Shown here: positions 40,013 through 53,612 of the stretch, piece by piece | Layout: each line of letters opens with the position of its first letter | Numbering within the stretch: position 1 is the stretch's first letter | Assembly: GCF_009834535.1 (NCBI RefSeq) | Contig: NC_045696.1 | Location: forward strand, 41,542,001-41,606,000 | Length of the DNA stretch: 64,000 nucleotides | Direction of reading: 5' to 3' | Source: Camelus ferus | Lineage: Eukaryota | The notes under the pieces: generated by a model | What the model saw: the letters and a program-made list of their open reading frames with translations, nothing else | Database searches by the model: none | What the model was told of the DNA's origin: nothing | Made by a program: the position numbers and the translations under genes

Positions 40013-40286
40013 TCCCAAGTTATCCTTTAATAAATTGGGAGTTCAAGATTTGCAGATACTAACTACTATATGTAAAATAGATAAACAACAAGTTTCTTCT
40101 GTATAACACAGGGAACTATAACCAATATCTTGTAGTAACCTATAATGAAAAAGAATATGAAAAGAAATATATGTATGTACATGTATGTCTGAAATATTAT
40201 GCTATACACCAGAAATTGATACGACATTGTAAACCGACTATACTTCAACAGAAAAGAATGCAAATTTTTTAAAAAACTTACAAAAA
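40013..40286 (+). mobile_element. Short L1 3'UTR insertion with a micro-inverted 5' end
   Basis: TSD aagaagtgttttta (39999-40012, 40287-40300). Confidence 0.9.
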
Positions 40287-40569
40287 AAGAAGTGTTTTTA
40301 TGCAGCAGAGGTCAAGACAAAGGAAAGGTTTCACAGATGGAACAGCACTGAGGTAAGCCTTGAGGCCCAGACAAGATTTCTCCAGTGGCTGTAGGAAGGG
40401 AAACCCAACACAGGTACAACTTCAAATATTTACATGTTTACATGGAAAGTTGACAAAGATGTTCTAATGTAGATCATTTAGAAATACTTATTTTAGACCC
40501 ATTTTTTTGGTAATCTTTGAACTGAAATATTATCAAATAGGATTCATCAAAGCGTGGAAATAACAATAC

Positions 40570-41335
40570 ATTATGACCAAATAGAACTTATTCCAAGAAG
40601 AGAAGGGAGATTCAACATCTGAAAATCCACCAGCATAATAAAGTATATCAAGAAATTACAGGAGGAACACCGTGTGATGTCAATAAATCCAGGGAAGAAG
40701 ACCAAAATTAGACCATCATTTCTAAAAGAGACAGTAAGTAAAGTGGAAATTTCTTAAATATAATAAAAGTTATTTATCAAAAATCAACAGCAGATATCAT
40801 AAATAACGAAAAAATGAAGCCATTTTTCTTAATATTGAGAACTGGACAGAGAGGAGGGCTACCACTATTACTACCCACTGTTCTGAAGATGCTAACAAAT
40901 GCCATACAAGTTTTAGAAAAATTAAATACCATGTAAAAATCATTGGGAAAACAAGGATAATCCCTTTGCTGACAAGACTGTATTTTAAAAAGAAACAGAA
41001 AAAAAAAAAAACCAGGAGAGAATTTATATGAATTTGTGAGGTGGCTGGGTATAGAATAATTTGTTTACATCTACAAATTTTCCCTGTTTAGCAATAATCA
41101 CTGAGAAAGGAAAATGGGAAAGAATTTTCATTCTTAATGACAATAACAAGGGAAAATAACTAGGAGTAAATTTGACAAGGATTTAAATGACAAAAATGTT
41201 AAATCCTATTGAAATACACACAACAGGATATGAAGAAATGGAAAGATGTGTGCTATGTTCTTGGATAGGAAAAACAATACTCTAGAAATACAAATTCCTC
41301 CAAAACTAACATGTAAATCTAGTTTTATCATACTT
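40570..41335 (+). mobile_element. Highly decayed old L1 ORF2 fragment
   Basis: atgaccaaatagaacttattcca; aaatggaaagatgtgtgctatgttcttggatagga. Confidence 0.65.
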
Positions 41336-41689
41336 AACATTGATCAGTGTAAATCTATGATGAGCATTCATCCATATTTCAGATACTCCCAGGAGTGATG
41401 AAAACGAAATTATGTCAACCAAGAGTGGATCTATATAGCATTGTATCCAAACCTCACTGTAGCTCCCCCACTGTCTTCACACTGACCCTAAACTTCCAGG
41501 ACTGACTTCCAGACTTTTCATGAACTGATCCTATGTTAAATGTCCAAGGTTACTTTTAGCATCAACCTCTGTTCCCAACATGAAAGCCTCCCTACGCTGT
41601 TCCAGGGCGTCATATGCCTCTTTCCCTTTACTCAGACCCTTCCTCTTAATAGATTGCTTTATCCTTCTGCCTCTCCTGGTCCTACAGCT

Positions 41690-42230
41690 CAAATCGGGTT
41701 CCTTTTGATCGTAGGTGACAGAAACCCAACCCAGGTGTCTTAAGCAAAAAAGAGAAAGTACTGGTATACATAATATAAATGTAGCGTAATCTGTGTTTCA
41801 AGCACGGCTGGATTCAGCAACTCAAAGTCACCAGGCTGTTTCTCTGCCATCTCTCAGCTCTTCCCTACGCTAAGTTGGCTTTACTCTCAGTCATGCTTGT
41901 TCTTTATGACAGCAAAATGGCTGCAATTAAGAGAAGCTTCATCCTTGATAATTCAAAAAATTCTTATGTTGAGTCTTATTAACTCTGATCGACCTGAACT
42001 GGATCATGTGTTTATTCCTGAATCAGCTATGGCCAGAGAAGAGGCAGTCACTGATGGCTTAGTGTTGGTCATATCATGCCCACGGATCCAAGAGTGGAGT
42101 TGGGTTCACCAGAAACACATGGATTGAAAGTGGCAAAGGGACAGTTAATTTCCCCAAAGCAAACTCAGAGAATTATTATCATAAGAAGGGGGCGTGAGTG
42201 TTGGGAGAAAAACAACAGAGATAATCACCA
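41690..42230 (-). mobile_element. Old MaLR (MLT1K/L-like) LTR
   Basis: gtgacagaaacccaac...ttaagcaaaaaag...gcacggctggattcag pattern. Confidence 0.55.
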
Positions 42231-44146
42231 CACTTACGCATCTTTTGGGATCCAGCCATAGTTTCCTTCCTCAGTGGAGTTCCAATCAAATGATTTTTTG
42301 GTTCATTTGTTAATTAGTTTGTTAGACATGCTTATTGTTAATACCAAACAATTGGCTCATGTTATAGAGCTTTTTTCACTAACTGTCATATGTGTGCCTG
42401 TTTTATTTCTCTAACTACCCTGAAAGCTCCTGCCAGACAAAGACCACATCGTGTCTCCTTTTGCATTTCTCTCTCATTGACACTCAACAAAGAATTAACT
42501 CTGTACTAGGCACTATATCTTGAGAATTTCATAGGCATGATTTCAACTCCTTAAAATCCCCCAATCCAAAACCAGTCACAGTGGAGAAATATAGATGCCA
42601 AATTTAAACAAAAATTAACTTGGAACAAGGAATGAGAGTCTTATTAAAAGTGTTATTACAGATTACTATCTGCACCTACTTCCCCAAGAATGGTTTCCTC
42701 TCATATGTCTTGGAATAACATGCCACCAAACTAACAAGGAAGACTGATGATGTATATATAGAAAGTGGCTCCAAACCCCATGCAGGGAAGGGGACTGGGC
42801 TGTGGGAAGAGTGAGACCTGTGGTGAGCAGCGTCAGCCCTGCGCTACAGCCCGGAATACAGAGCCCACATTAGTCCATGACTGCTTGGATAATATGTGGC
42901 TACACTTCTCTCCAAAAGCCACCACCACCGACAGCAAACCAAACAACAAACGAAATAAGATTCTCATTTCTTCTCTATGAGTTCTTCTCAGCCTCAATTC
43001 CACCTTTGAAAAGGAGCAGAGAATCTGGCTCCAGGCCAGCGATCCAGGGAGCCAGGTCACACTTCTGCCTCTCCCTTTTGAGTTTCCAACCTCCTTCCAA
43101 GTCCCCACTGGGAATTGCTTTGCCCACCAATTGGGCTGTATTGAGAATATCAGTTGAAAGTGAAATGGGCTCCTGGCTCCCTTCAAAGGCATTGTTATCT
43201 ATCTTAACCAGTTCCTTGAATCTAGTATGTTTTCAGCCCCAGTGTATTTCCAGTTCCTGGTATTTCCATTAAAAAGAAAAACAGACAACTGAGACCTGGT
43301 CTCTCTCTCTATCTTTTCCTCCTACGATTAAAATGCTCACACCAGCTTTCCAACAGTACGTTTGATTGAGTAAGTTAAGTTGGTGGGCGATCACAAGAAA
43401 TCTCAGGGACCTAATAGCCTAAGTTACTTAGGTAGAAGATACGGGTTTCAGACACCATTTGTACCTCCTCAATCTTTTTGGAATCTTGAAAATACTCTTT
43501 ATTTAAGGGTACTAAGCTACTTTCCTAAGGGTTAATAATGATAGATAAGGGGATAAAATTGCAGATTGAGAAACAAAAGATTTGGAGATTTAAAAATAAA
43601 GAAGAATGACCTCATATGCATTCTTTTTTATCATTTGGCAAATGTTTAACGGAATTCCTGCTGTGTATTAGACACTGTGATAAGAGCTGGGGATATAATG
43701 AAGAACCAGTCAGACATGAGGGAGTGCCCAGGTAGTAAAGGCTTTATCCAGAGAGCTCAAAAAACAAGATACTCTCCCACTCCCAGTGTGGGCTCGAGCT
43801 GGGTAAGTGCACTAACCCTTCAGATTCTTGCTGGAGCCATGAATCTGATCCACCATGGCTCTGGTTTAAAGAGACTCCTCTGATACGAAAGATCAGCTTC
43901 AATGACTGAGACTCCTTTCCAAGTTTTCAAGAATAGCACCTTCAGTTTCAAATCAAATAAGGTCACCCAATGGGACATTTATTAGGGGAGCTTAAGTTGT
44001 CAGACTGCAGTTTTCTTAAGGACTTGCTTCACTGTTAAGGTAATATCTGATAAGCACGTTACTGTCTTCAGAAGAAAAGTACAATATAAATACTAAACGT
44101 CTGTTGTGGTATTCTTCTCATTGGCGATATTCTAACTCTGAGTTAC

Positions 44147-44319
44147 CTATTCTTGGACTCTTGATTTGCAAGATGCTTTCTTGCCAGTGGCTGTTTAATC
44201 TGCTTGCAGAGCTGGGAGTGGGCAGCACATTTTGCCATAAGACAGGGGTCTGACTGCTGAGTTCCTTCCAGATCCATGATTTGATGAGGAGCAGACTGGA
44301 CATGGGGAATTCTATGTAG
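44147..44319 (-). CDS. Candidate 173-nt exon with two open frames
   Basis: Acceptor gaatgtttcag, donor TAG|gtaact; frames LHRIPHVQSAPHQ...QESKN(R) or YIEFPMSSLLLIKSWIWK...KSPRI. Confidence 0.3.
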
Positions 44320-44519
44320 CTGAAACATTCTCTCACAGCATATCAGTTTCCCTTAGGAGCAGGAGCACAGGCGCAGAATGCTGCCAGTGGGGTTCTGGAG
44401 TCAAGGCCTTTATAGTGTCGATGGGTACACAAAGTGACCAAGCCTAAGACGAGTTCAAATCCCAGGAGATGGATCAAAGGCAATGGATCAAAACCAGGGA
44501 AGCATCACACACACACACA

Positions 44520-44752
44520 AAAAACAAATACTGTATGAAGCCACTTACATGAGGTACCTAGAGGTGTCAAATTCATAAAGAGAGAAAGCAGAGGGGTGAC
44601 TGGCAGGGGCTGAGTAGGGCAGGGGAAATGGGGAGTTATTGTTTAATGGGTATAGAGTTTCCATTCTGCAAGAGGAAAAGAGTTCTTGGGACTGGTTACA
44701 CAACAATATGAATGTACTTATCATTGCTGAACAGTACACTTAAAAATAGTTA
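44520..44752 (+). mobile_element. Old L1MB-like 3'UTR, target of the following insertion
   Basis: acaaatactgtatgaagccacttacatgaggtacctag...gtttaatgggtatagagtttc; resumes briefly near 47308. Confidence 0.85.
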
Positions 44753-44759
44753 ATGTGTA

Positions 44760-46795
44760 CCATGTATAGAAAACCCTAAAGACTCCACAAAAAAACTACT
44801 AGAACTGATAAACAAATTCAGCAAGATAGCAAGATACAAGATTAACATACAGAAATCTGTTGCATTTCTTTACACTAAAAATGAAATATCAGAAAAGGAA
44901 AGGTTAAAAAAAAATCCCTTTTAAAATCATATATATAAAAAAAAAGTTAGGAATAAATCTATCCAAGGAGGTGAAAGACTTATATGCAGAGAACTATAAA
45001 ACATTGATTAAGGAAATTAAAGATAATTTAAAGAAATGGAAAGATATCCCATGCTCTTGGAATGGAAGAATCAATATTGTTAAAATGGCCATACTACCCA
45101 AAGCAATCTACAGATTTAATGCAATCTCTATCAAATTACCCAGGACACAGAACTAGAACTGCTCTATTTTTCACAGAACTAGAACAAATAATTCTAAAAT
45201 GTATATGGAATCACAAAAGACCCAGAGTTGCCAAAGCAATATTGAAGAAAAAGAACAAAGCTGGAGGAATAACCCTCCCAAACTTCAGACAATACTACAG
45301 ACCTACAGTAATCAAAACAGCATGATATTAGCACAAAAACAGACATATGGATCAATGGAACAGAATAGAGAGCCTATATAGCTATGGTCAATTAATCTTC
45401 AACAAAGGAGGCAAGAATATATAATGGAGAAAAGACAGCCTCTTTGGCAAGTGGTACTGGGAAAGCTGGACAGCTGCATGTAAATCAATGAAGTTAGAGC
45501 ACTCTCTCACACCACACACAAAAATAAATTCAAAATGACTTAAAGACTTAAACATAAGACAAGACACTATAACCTCCTAAATGTTCTCTGACAAAAATCA
45601 TAGCAATCTTCTCCTAGAGCAATCTACCCAGGCAATAGAAGTAAAAGCAAAAACAAACAAATGGAATCTAATTAAATTTTTGCACAGCAAAGGAAACTAT
45701 AAACAAAACAAAAAGACAACCTACAGAATGGGAGAAAATATTTGTAAAAGATGAGACTGACAAGGGCTTAATCCCCAGAATATATAAACAGCTCATACAA
45801 CTTAATAAGAAAAAACAAATAACCCAATCCAAAATTGAGCAGAAGACCTAAACAAGCAATTCTCCAATGAAGACATATGAATGGCCAATAGGCACAAGAA
45901 AAAATGCTCAATATTGCTAATTATCAGAGAAATGCAAATCAAAACTTCAATGAGGTATCACCTCACACCAGTCAGAGTGGGCATAATTAAAAAGTCCACA
46001 AATGGTAAATGCTGGAGAGGGTGTGGAGAAAATGGAACCATTCTACAATGTTGGTGGGAATGTAGCTATGTGCAGCCACTATGTAAATCAGTATGGAGAT
46101 TCCTCAAAAAACTGAAAATAGACTTACCATATGATCCAGCAATGGATCTAGAGGGAATATATATCTAGAGGGAACTCTAATTCAAAAAGATACATGCACC
46201 CCAATGTTCATAGCAGCATTATATACAATAGCCAAGACATGGAAACAACCTAAATGTCTATTAACAGATTACTGGATAAAGAAGTTGCAGTATATGTATA
46301 CAATGGAATACTACTCAGCCATAAAAAAGAATAAAATAATGCCATTTGCAGCAACATGGATGAACCTGGAGATGGTCACTCTAAGTGAAGAAAGCCAGAA
46401 AGAGAAAGAAAAATACCATGTGATATCACTCATATGTGGAATCCAAAAAAAAAAAAAAAAAGAAAGAAAGAAAAGAGAGAACACTAATAAACTCATCTAC
46501 AAACTAGAAACAGACTTGCAGACATAGTAAAAAATCTTATGGTTACCAGGGAAGGGGGTGGGAAGGGATAAATTTGGGAGTTTGAGATTTACAAAGGTTA
46601 ACCATTATATAAAAAAATAGGTTAAAAAAACAAATTTCTTCTGTATAGCACAGGAAACTATATTTAATATCTTGTAATAACTTTAATGAAAAACAATATG
46701 AAAATGAATATATGTATATATATGCATGACTAGGACATTAGGCTGTACATCAGAAACTGACACATCAGAAACTGACTATACTTCAATTAAAAAAG
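44760..46795 (+). mobile_element. 5'-truncated young L1 (ORF2 3' half and 3'UTR)
   Basis: [44 protein letters not shown]; complete 3'UTR. Confidence 0.95.
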
Positions 46796-47307
46796 AAGAA
46801 GCTGTGGTATGTATACAATGGAATACTATTCAGCCATAAAAAAATAAATAATGCCATTTGCAGCAACATGGATGGACCTAACGATTATCATACTAAGTGA
46901 AGTCAGACAGAGAAAGATAAAAATCATTTAATATCACTTATATCTGAAATCTTAAAAAAAAATGACACGAGTGAATTTATTTACAAAGCGAAACAAACTC
47001 ACAGACATAAAAAACAAATTTATGGTTACCAGGGGGTAGGGGGGATGGAGGAATAAACTGGGAGTTCAGGATGGCAGATACAAACTACCATATAAAAAAT
47101 ATTTATAAAATAGATAAACAAGGTCTTATTGTATAGCATAGGGAACTACATTCAATACCTTGTAATAGCCCATAATGAAAAATATGAAAAGGAATATATA
47201 TATATATGTGTGTGTGTATATATATGTGTATATATATATAACTGAATCACTATCCTGTACACCAGAAATTAACACAACATTGTAAACCGACTATACTTTA
47301 ATAAAAG
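46796..47307 (+). mobile_element. Second L1 3' end in tandem
   Basis: Repeats ORF2 end (atggaatactattcagcc) and 3'UTR; ends at TSD aaatagttaa shared with 44744-44753. Confidence 0.92.
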
Positions 47308-48365
47308 AAATAGTTAACATAGTAAATTAACAAAACAGGAAAGCTAAGTATACTGATAGATCAAAAATGCTTAGTAAACACAAAAACAGATAGCAAAGCC
47401 CCAAGACAGCGTTAGGAGAGACATTGGCTTCAAACAGGGGCTGCAGTGAAGGGACAGTGCCCAGGCCTGTTTTTGAAATCTGGGTTTTGTATTCAAAATT
47501 TGCTTTTGTTAGAAGTGGACTATGCAATACCATCTGGTTGTCCTGATTTAGAGGCACAGTCACGTATTTTGATGGCAGTAAACACCTGCAGGCTGCACTA
47601 GACAGCAGAGCCATATACCTCAGAGATGCATGGTCCTGAACCTTTAGATCCAGCTTAAGAACAGAGCAAAACTTTTCAAATTGTACCTAACATATTGTTC
47701 CTTTGGACCTCACCAAATTGGGCAAGAACCTCAGAAAGAAAAGTACTACTCCCCCAGTTAATGGTCCTCAAGAAGCAACAAGAGAAGGAAAGGATTAAAA
47801 TGGCATGGCAGAAAAGAATCAAAGAAAAATATTGAGTGTTATAATGTACCATAAAAATTTTACTACTTGTTTAGAGAGTCTTTGTAATGTTCACAGTTTT
47901 ACCACTCAAAAGTAATCTATTCACTCCAAATTTAGACCAGACGAGATTTGTAGGCTGCAACCAAGAATAACACACTCTTCAGAGGGCGTGACTCAAATTC
48001 CAACTTCCTGACAGCTATTGACACTGAGTTGTGCCCTTTGGACTTCAAGCTCAATTTGCAAAATTGAAGACAGACCAAATGTGCTTTTCCTCTGAGTCCT
48101 CATTCTCAGTAATGGCATGAGCAACCTCGCAGTCACCCAGGCTTGAGCTATTGAAGTGAAAGAAATTCTCTTCAACCCACGCCAATCTGGTTACCAAATC
48201 CCTTCAACTACACTTCAGTGATATTTGCCCCCCTCACCCCCGTGATCTCTTCCTCTCCCCTGCCTCTGCCACTGCCCTAATCCAGCTCTTCATGTTAATT
48301 TTTTGCTTGGTGTGTTGCTAGAGCTTCCTAACTGGTCCCAGCTTGGCCTCACTTTCCACTCCAGC

Positions 48366-49045
48366 TTTTATCATAAATGGGTGTTGACTTTCATCAAATG
48401 CATTTCCTACATCTATTGAGCTGATCATGTGATTTTTGTCCTTTCTTTTGTTGATGTGGTGTATCACATTGATTGATTTGCATATGTTGAACCATGCTTG
48501 TGTCCCTGGAGTGAATCCAACTAGATCATGGTGTATGATCTTTTTTATGTGTTGTTGGATTCTGTCTGCTAATATTTTGTTAAGGATTTTTGCATCTATA
48601 TTCATTCATTCAATGATATTGGCCTGTGATTTTCTTCTTTGATGGTGTCTTTTTCTGGTTTGATATCAGGGTGATGGTGGCTTCATAGAATGAGTTTGGG
48701 AGTATTCTCTCCTCTTCAATCTTTTGAAAGAGTTTAAGAAGGATCAATAGGAGTTCTTTGTATGTTTGGTAGAACTTCCCAGTGAAACCATCTGACCCTG
48801 GACTTCTGTTTTCAGGGAGGTTTTATATTGTTGATTCTATTTCACTTCTAGTGATCAGTCTGTTTAAATGATCTATTTCTTCTTGACTGAGTGTTGGTAG
48901 ACTGTTTCTAAAAACTTGTCCATGTCTTCTAGGTTGTCCAATTTGTTTCCATATAGCTGTTCATAGTATTCTTTTATGGTTATTTGTATTTCTGTGGTGT
49001 TGGCTGTAATTTCTCCATTTTCATTTCTTATTTTGTTTATTTGTA
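48366..49045 (-). mobile_element. Internal L1 ORF2 (RT N-terminal) fragment
   Basis: [27 protein letters not shown] in the ORF track. Confidence 0.93.
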
Positions 49046-50429
49046 ACTGTAATTTTTAAATAACCTCCTGGGTTCTTTATAACCTAGGAGGGTTATATTC
49101 CCTCCTTAAATGCCTTCAGTGGCCCCCCAGTGTTCAGACCAAAGTGAAAACTCATCCTCAATCTCAGGTTGCCACACCTTTCTCAAACTTCCCCCTGAGC
49201 CCCGTCTCCCATTACATCTCTTTAGGTACTTAACACTGTGACACATCCAGCTACTCACCACTCCCCGAACATGTTAGGAAATTTTACACATACATGCTTT
49301 GATGATGTTGTTTCCTCAATTGGAAAGTCCTTGTTATCTTCCTCATCTTTTTACTTATTGAAATTTTGCCCATCTTTTACCATTCAGCCCAAATATCATC
49401 TCCTCCGTGAAACTTACCATGAGCCTATCCCTTGGAATAAATCATTTCGTGTTCATCCTCAACTGTTATTAAATACCTAATGCTACGTGTTGGGTACCAG
49501 GCTACAGATCCTGTTCTCAGAAAGCTTACAGTAAGCTATATATATATATACTCCAGAAACTAACACAGTAGTGTAAATCTACTATGCTTTAATAGAAAAG
49601 AAGAGAAAGAAATATATATGTATACAATTCTTTTGAACAAGAAATCAAATGTACTGAATTTGAAATTTGAAAGCTGCTAAGTCCGGGAATAAGTGAAAAT
49701 AAGTTGGAAGACTGAAACTGCTAAAATCTATGAACAAGAGATAATAAAGTCAGGTGGACAACAGAATGGACCAGGGAATGGCAAACACTTGTGTTATTTA
49801 GAACTAATAGCATTAACTAAGCTAGCTGCAGAAACTGAAGAGAGGCTTTTAGCATCATATACACCAGAGGCAAATGCAAAGGGAAGCTCTTGTTTTTTTG
49901 TTTTTTTTTTTAATTGAGGATGCATGTGGTTTGCTAAAATACCTGCTCTAATTGCATCTGTTAAGATATACTACAAAAAAAAAGCTTTCTTTGCCTGAGC
50001 CACTAAATTTGAAGGGCTATACTCTGCATACAAGCATAACAAATGCACATTTAAAAAAACTATTCAAAAGACAAATTAGAAGGTTACTGTCACTTGCACA
50101 TGACTGGGGAGGTAGCTTATAGAATCAGTGGTGAGTTTGAGGAAAGGGTCCAAAACACCTCTGGCCTAGGGAGAACCAGCCGTCAGCAGAGAGGAGAGTT
50201 TGTAGGGAGAGGACAGGAGTTGGTAATTATCAACTATCAGTAACTGAGCACCTGTTCTTTTGGGCTATATGCTCTTCAATGATTCTTATTCATAATCAGA
50301 GCTAACATTTAGTGAGTCTTATGGTGTCCCAAAAATTATGCAGTGGATTTTAATTATAATACTTAATAAAAATATAAAATTGTTATTTTTAGCAAAAATA
50401 AAAATAATTATTAATTTTAAACAACATAA

Positions 50430-50945
50430 TTATTGAGCAGTTGCTGTGTGCCAGGGATTGTGCTAAGGGTTTCCCATGCCCATCTCATCCATGCAGTAAC
50501 AACATGGGGTATCTATTCATTCACTCAACAAATATTTTACTTTTTATCCATATACATCTGTATCATGAATTTTTTAAAGAATGCTGTGAATTTTGTAAAC
50601 AAACAAAAAAGGCATAGATACATACAAGTGTCTCCTGTAGTCCAGTCCCTGTGCTCATACTGGAGGTACAGCCACGAACAAATAAACAAGTAAATATGTG
50701 ATGCATCTGATGGTGGTAAGTCATGAAGTGTAGAAAAGTGAGGGAGGGTGAGGAAGACAATGAGGATATGGTGGGGGAGGGGGCTGGAGAGGCTCTTTTA
50801 CACAAAAGAAGTGGAAAAGGCCTTTCTGAAAAGAAGATGTTTTAGGGGAGACCTGAAAGAGGTGAGTGTGGAATTGTTCTAAACAGAAGTAACAGGAGTT
50901 GATACCATTATCAGACTCATCTTACAAATGAGAAATCAGGACCGA
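50430..50945. mobile_element. MIR with nested L2 3' fragment
   Basis: tattgagcag...tgtgccagg; cattcactcaacaaatattt; catcttacaaatgagaaa. Confidence 0.6.
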
Positions 50946-51722
50946 GAACTTGACACAGACAGTAAAGTTCACCAGATGTTCCATTTTCTTCCCTATATAT
51001 CCCTGTCTTCTTTCAGTTAAGCAGCATGACAAGATTAACTGGGAAAACAATACGTAACATTTGAGTCATTTGTGTTTTAGTTATAGAATTCTATTCCCTT
51101 TATTAAATAATGTTTTCAAAATCATTCAAACAACATAGAAATATGTTGAGAAAAAGTGGAAGTTTCCTTTAGTTGAACTTTGCTGAAAAGTTTGCCATAA
51201 ATTAATAAATGTAGGTCCTTCCAAATATTTTGTTATACTAGCATATTGTTATACAGAAATGAGAGCAATTTCATAACATCTGTTTAAGAGGTAATACCAT
51301 TTGACGAACCAATACCACTAGTCCAGGTAGTGAAATATAAGTGAAAACATGTGTTACTCCCTACAGTAAAAAGCCTACATACATTCTCTAGTTCCTCTCT
51401 TCTTTCCTACTGCCAGTGTGGAGCCTCCACTTTCCAGATGCAGCTAATTATGGCAGTGCCTTTATCATCAGCCTGATTGACTCTATGGAACAGAACCCTC
51501 CCCTCTTCCATCCCTGGCTTGCATTACAAGTAAAAAATAAAATTCATTATGTTAAGTCTCTAAGAGTTGGAGTTTGCTTGTTACTGCAGAGAAGCCAAAT
51601 CCACCCTGACTAATACAGAGACGTTAAGAAGTAGCTTCTAAGTGGAAGAGCTAGATTCAAACCTAAGTTTGAGTGCAGAGTCCTCACTCTGTTGTACTTT
51701 TCTCCTTAAAATGCCATATCTA

Positions 51723-52515
51723 TCTTTTTTTTTAATTGAAGTATAGTCAGTTTACCATGTTGTGTCAATTTCTGGTGTACAGCATAATGTTTCAGTCATA
51801 CATATACATACATATATTCTTCATATTTTTTTGATATAGGTTACTACAAGATATTGAATATAGTTCCCTGCACTATACAAAAGAAACTTCTTGTTCATCT
51901 GTTTTATATATACTAGCTAATATTTGCAAATCTCAATCTCCCAATTTATCCCTTCCCACTCCCTTTCCTCCCAGTAACCATAAGATTGTTTACTGTATCT
52001 ATGAGTCTGTTTCTGTTTTGTGCATAAGTTCATTAGTGTCTTCTTTTTTCCTTCTTTTAGATTCCACATATGAATGATGTCATATGGTATTTGTCTTTCT
52101 TTCTGGCTTACTTCACTTAGAATGGTGATCTCCAGGTCCTTCCATGTTGCTGCAAATGGCATTATTTTATTGTTTTTTTATGGCTGAGTAGTATTCCATT
52201 GTATAAATAGACCACAGCTTCTTTACCCAGTCATCTGTCAGTGGACATTTAGGCTGTTTCCATGTCTTGGCTATTGTATATAGTGCTGCTGTGAACACTG
52301 GGGTGCATGTATCTTTTCTAATTAGAGTTCCCTTTGGATATATGCCCAGAGGTAGGATTGCTGGATCATATGGTAAGTCTATTTTTAGTCTTTTGAGGAA
52401 ACTCCATCCTGTTTTCCATAACGGCTGCACCAAACTGCATTCCCAGCAACAGTGCAGGAGGGCTCCCTTTTTTCCACACCCTCTTCAGCAATTATCATTT
52501 GTGAACTTTTTAATG
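51723..52515 (-). mobile_element. 5'-truncated L1 3' end
   Basis: ORF2 C-terminal peptides ([15 protein letters not shown]); TSD aaaatg(c/t)catat(c/t)ta at 51708-51722 and 52516-52530. Confidence 0.95.
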
Positions 52516-53429
52516 AAAATGTCATATTTAATAAACTATCTGGTAAGACAGGTATTACTAGCTTCATTTTACAGAGAAGGAAACTGAGATTTAGAGAAAA
52601 TGTTGCTTGTCAAAGATCAGACTGCTGGCAAGTAACAGAGCTAAGGAAAAACTACCTACACCCATAGCTCATATCTTCCTTTCCTCCACACTGGAAATGA
52701 ATGTTCATCCTATTTATAAGTCATCCTATTTAATAACTCACAAGCTGATACTGTTATACTGACATTTTAGTAATCAAAATACTTAAGAATTTAAAAACCT
52801 GTTGGACTCTTCCCATTTATCTTCTGTAAGGGAGCTTTACAAAAAGCCTTTTGGCAATATTATTAAATTACCAAGAATCAATGTTAAGCAGTACACTTGC
52901 ATTTCAATCTATATGTGATTAATTTATATACCTTTGGAATAAAATAGTGAAACTTTATCTCATTTAAAATCAACCTACACACCACTTTCAAACTTGCATG
53001 TGTGAGAATAACAGCCCAAACATTCCCCGTCTCCCATATCAGTGAAGTTCAGGAGTACTGTGAGTTGGCCAAACATCGTACAACAACCCTCCCAACACGA
53101 TCCAAGTCAGTCTTCCAGCCGTATCTACCCATCTAGTTTCTATCAGATGCAGAAGCAGTAAAGGCTATTGACAATAGTTCAAAATAAAGGGCATCAGGTG
53201 TATAGGAAAAGGCAAGAGGATTACACTTCTTAGGAAAAGCACAACCAGAAAAAGCATTGTCACCAGAATATAGAGAGCACTAAGCTTGGAGCATCAGAGA
53301 GTAGAACAGAAAACGAGCTCTGCAATCCTGTCTGTCCAGAAATAGATGCAGCTGATGGAGACTGTTTGTTAACAGCTCAGTCTGGCTACTTACCCTCACA
53401 GCAATGATCTATTATTATCTCTCAGTGGT

Positions 53430-53612
53430 CAGTGGCTTTCTAGAGCCAAATTTTAGCATGTATCAAAATCATCTGAGAAGCTTGTTGAAACACAAATTTC
53501 TGAGCCCCATCGTTAAAAATTCTGGCTCATTTGGTCTCAAGGATGGCAAGAATTCCCAGTTCTAATAAGTTCGCAAGTGATGTTTGGAGGGACCACACTT
53601 TGAGCATCGTAC
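53430..53612 (+). mobile_element. MER5A-like MITE
   Basis: cagtgg...atcaaaatcatctgagaagcttgttgaaacaca...gggaccacactttgag. Confidence 0.75.

Noticed and set aside
21166..44319. Assigning a gene symbol to the candidate exons
   Set aside because: No remembered protein matched; a database search is required.
47327..47614. ORF or exon CLLPSKYVTVPLNQDNQM
   Set aside because: Plausible acceptor but weak, ambiguous donor; not enough support to list.
49061..49096. Imperfect hairpin beside an L1 fragment end
   Set aside because: About 14-bp stem with mismatches, too short for a pre-miRNA; at most a junction repair scar.
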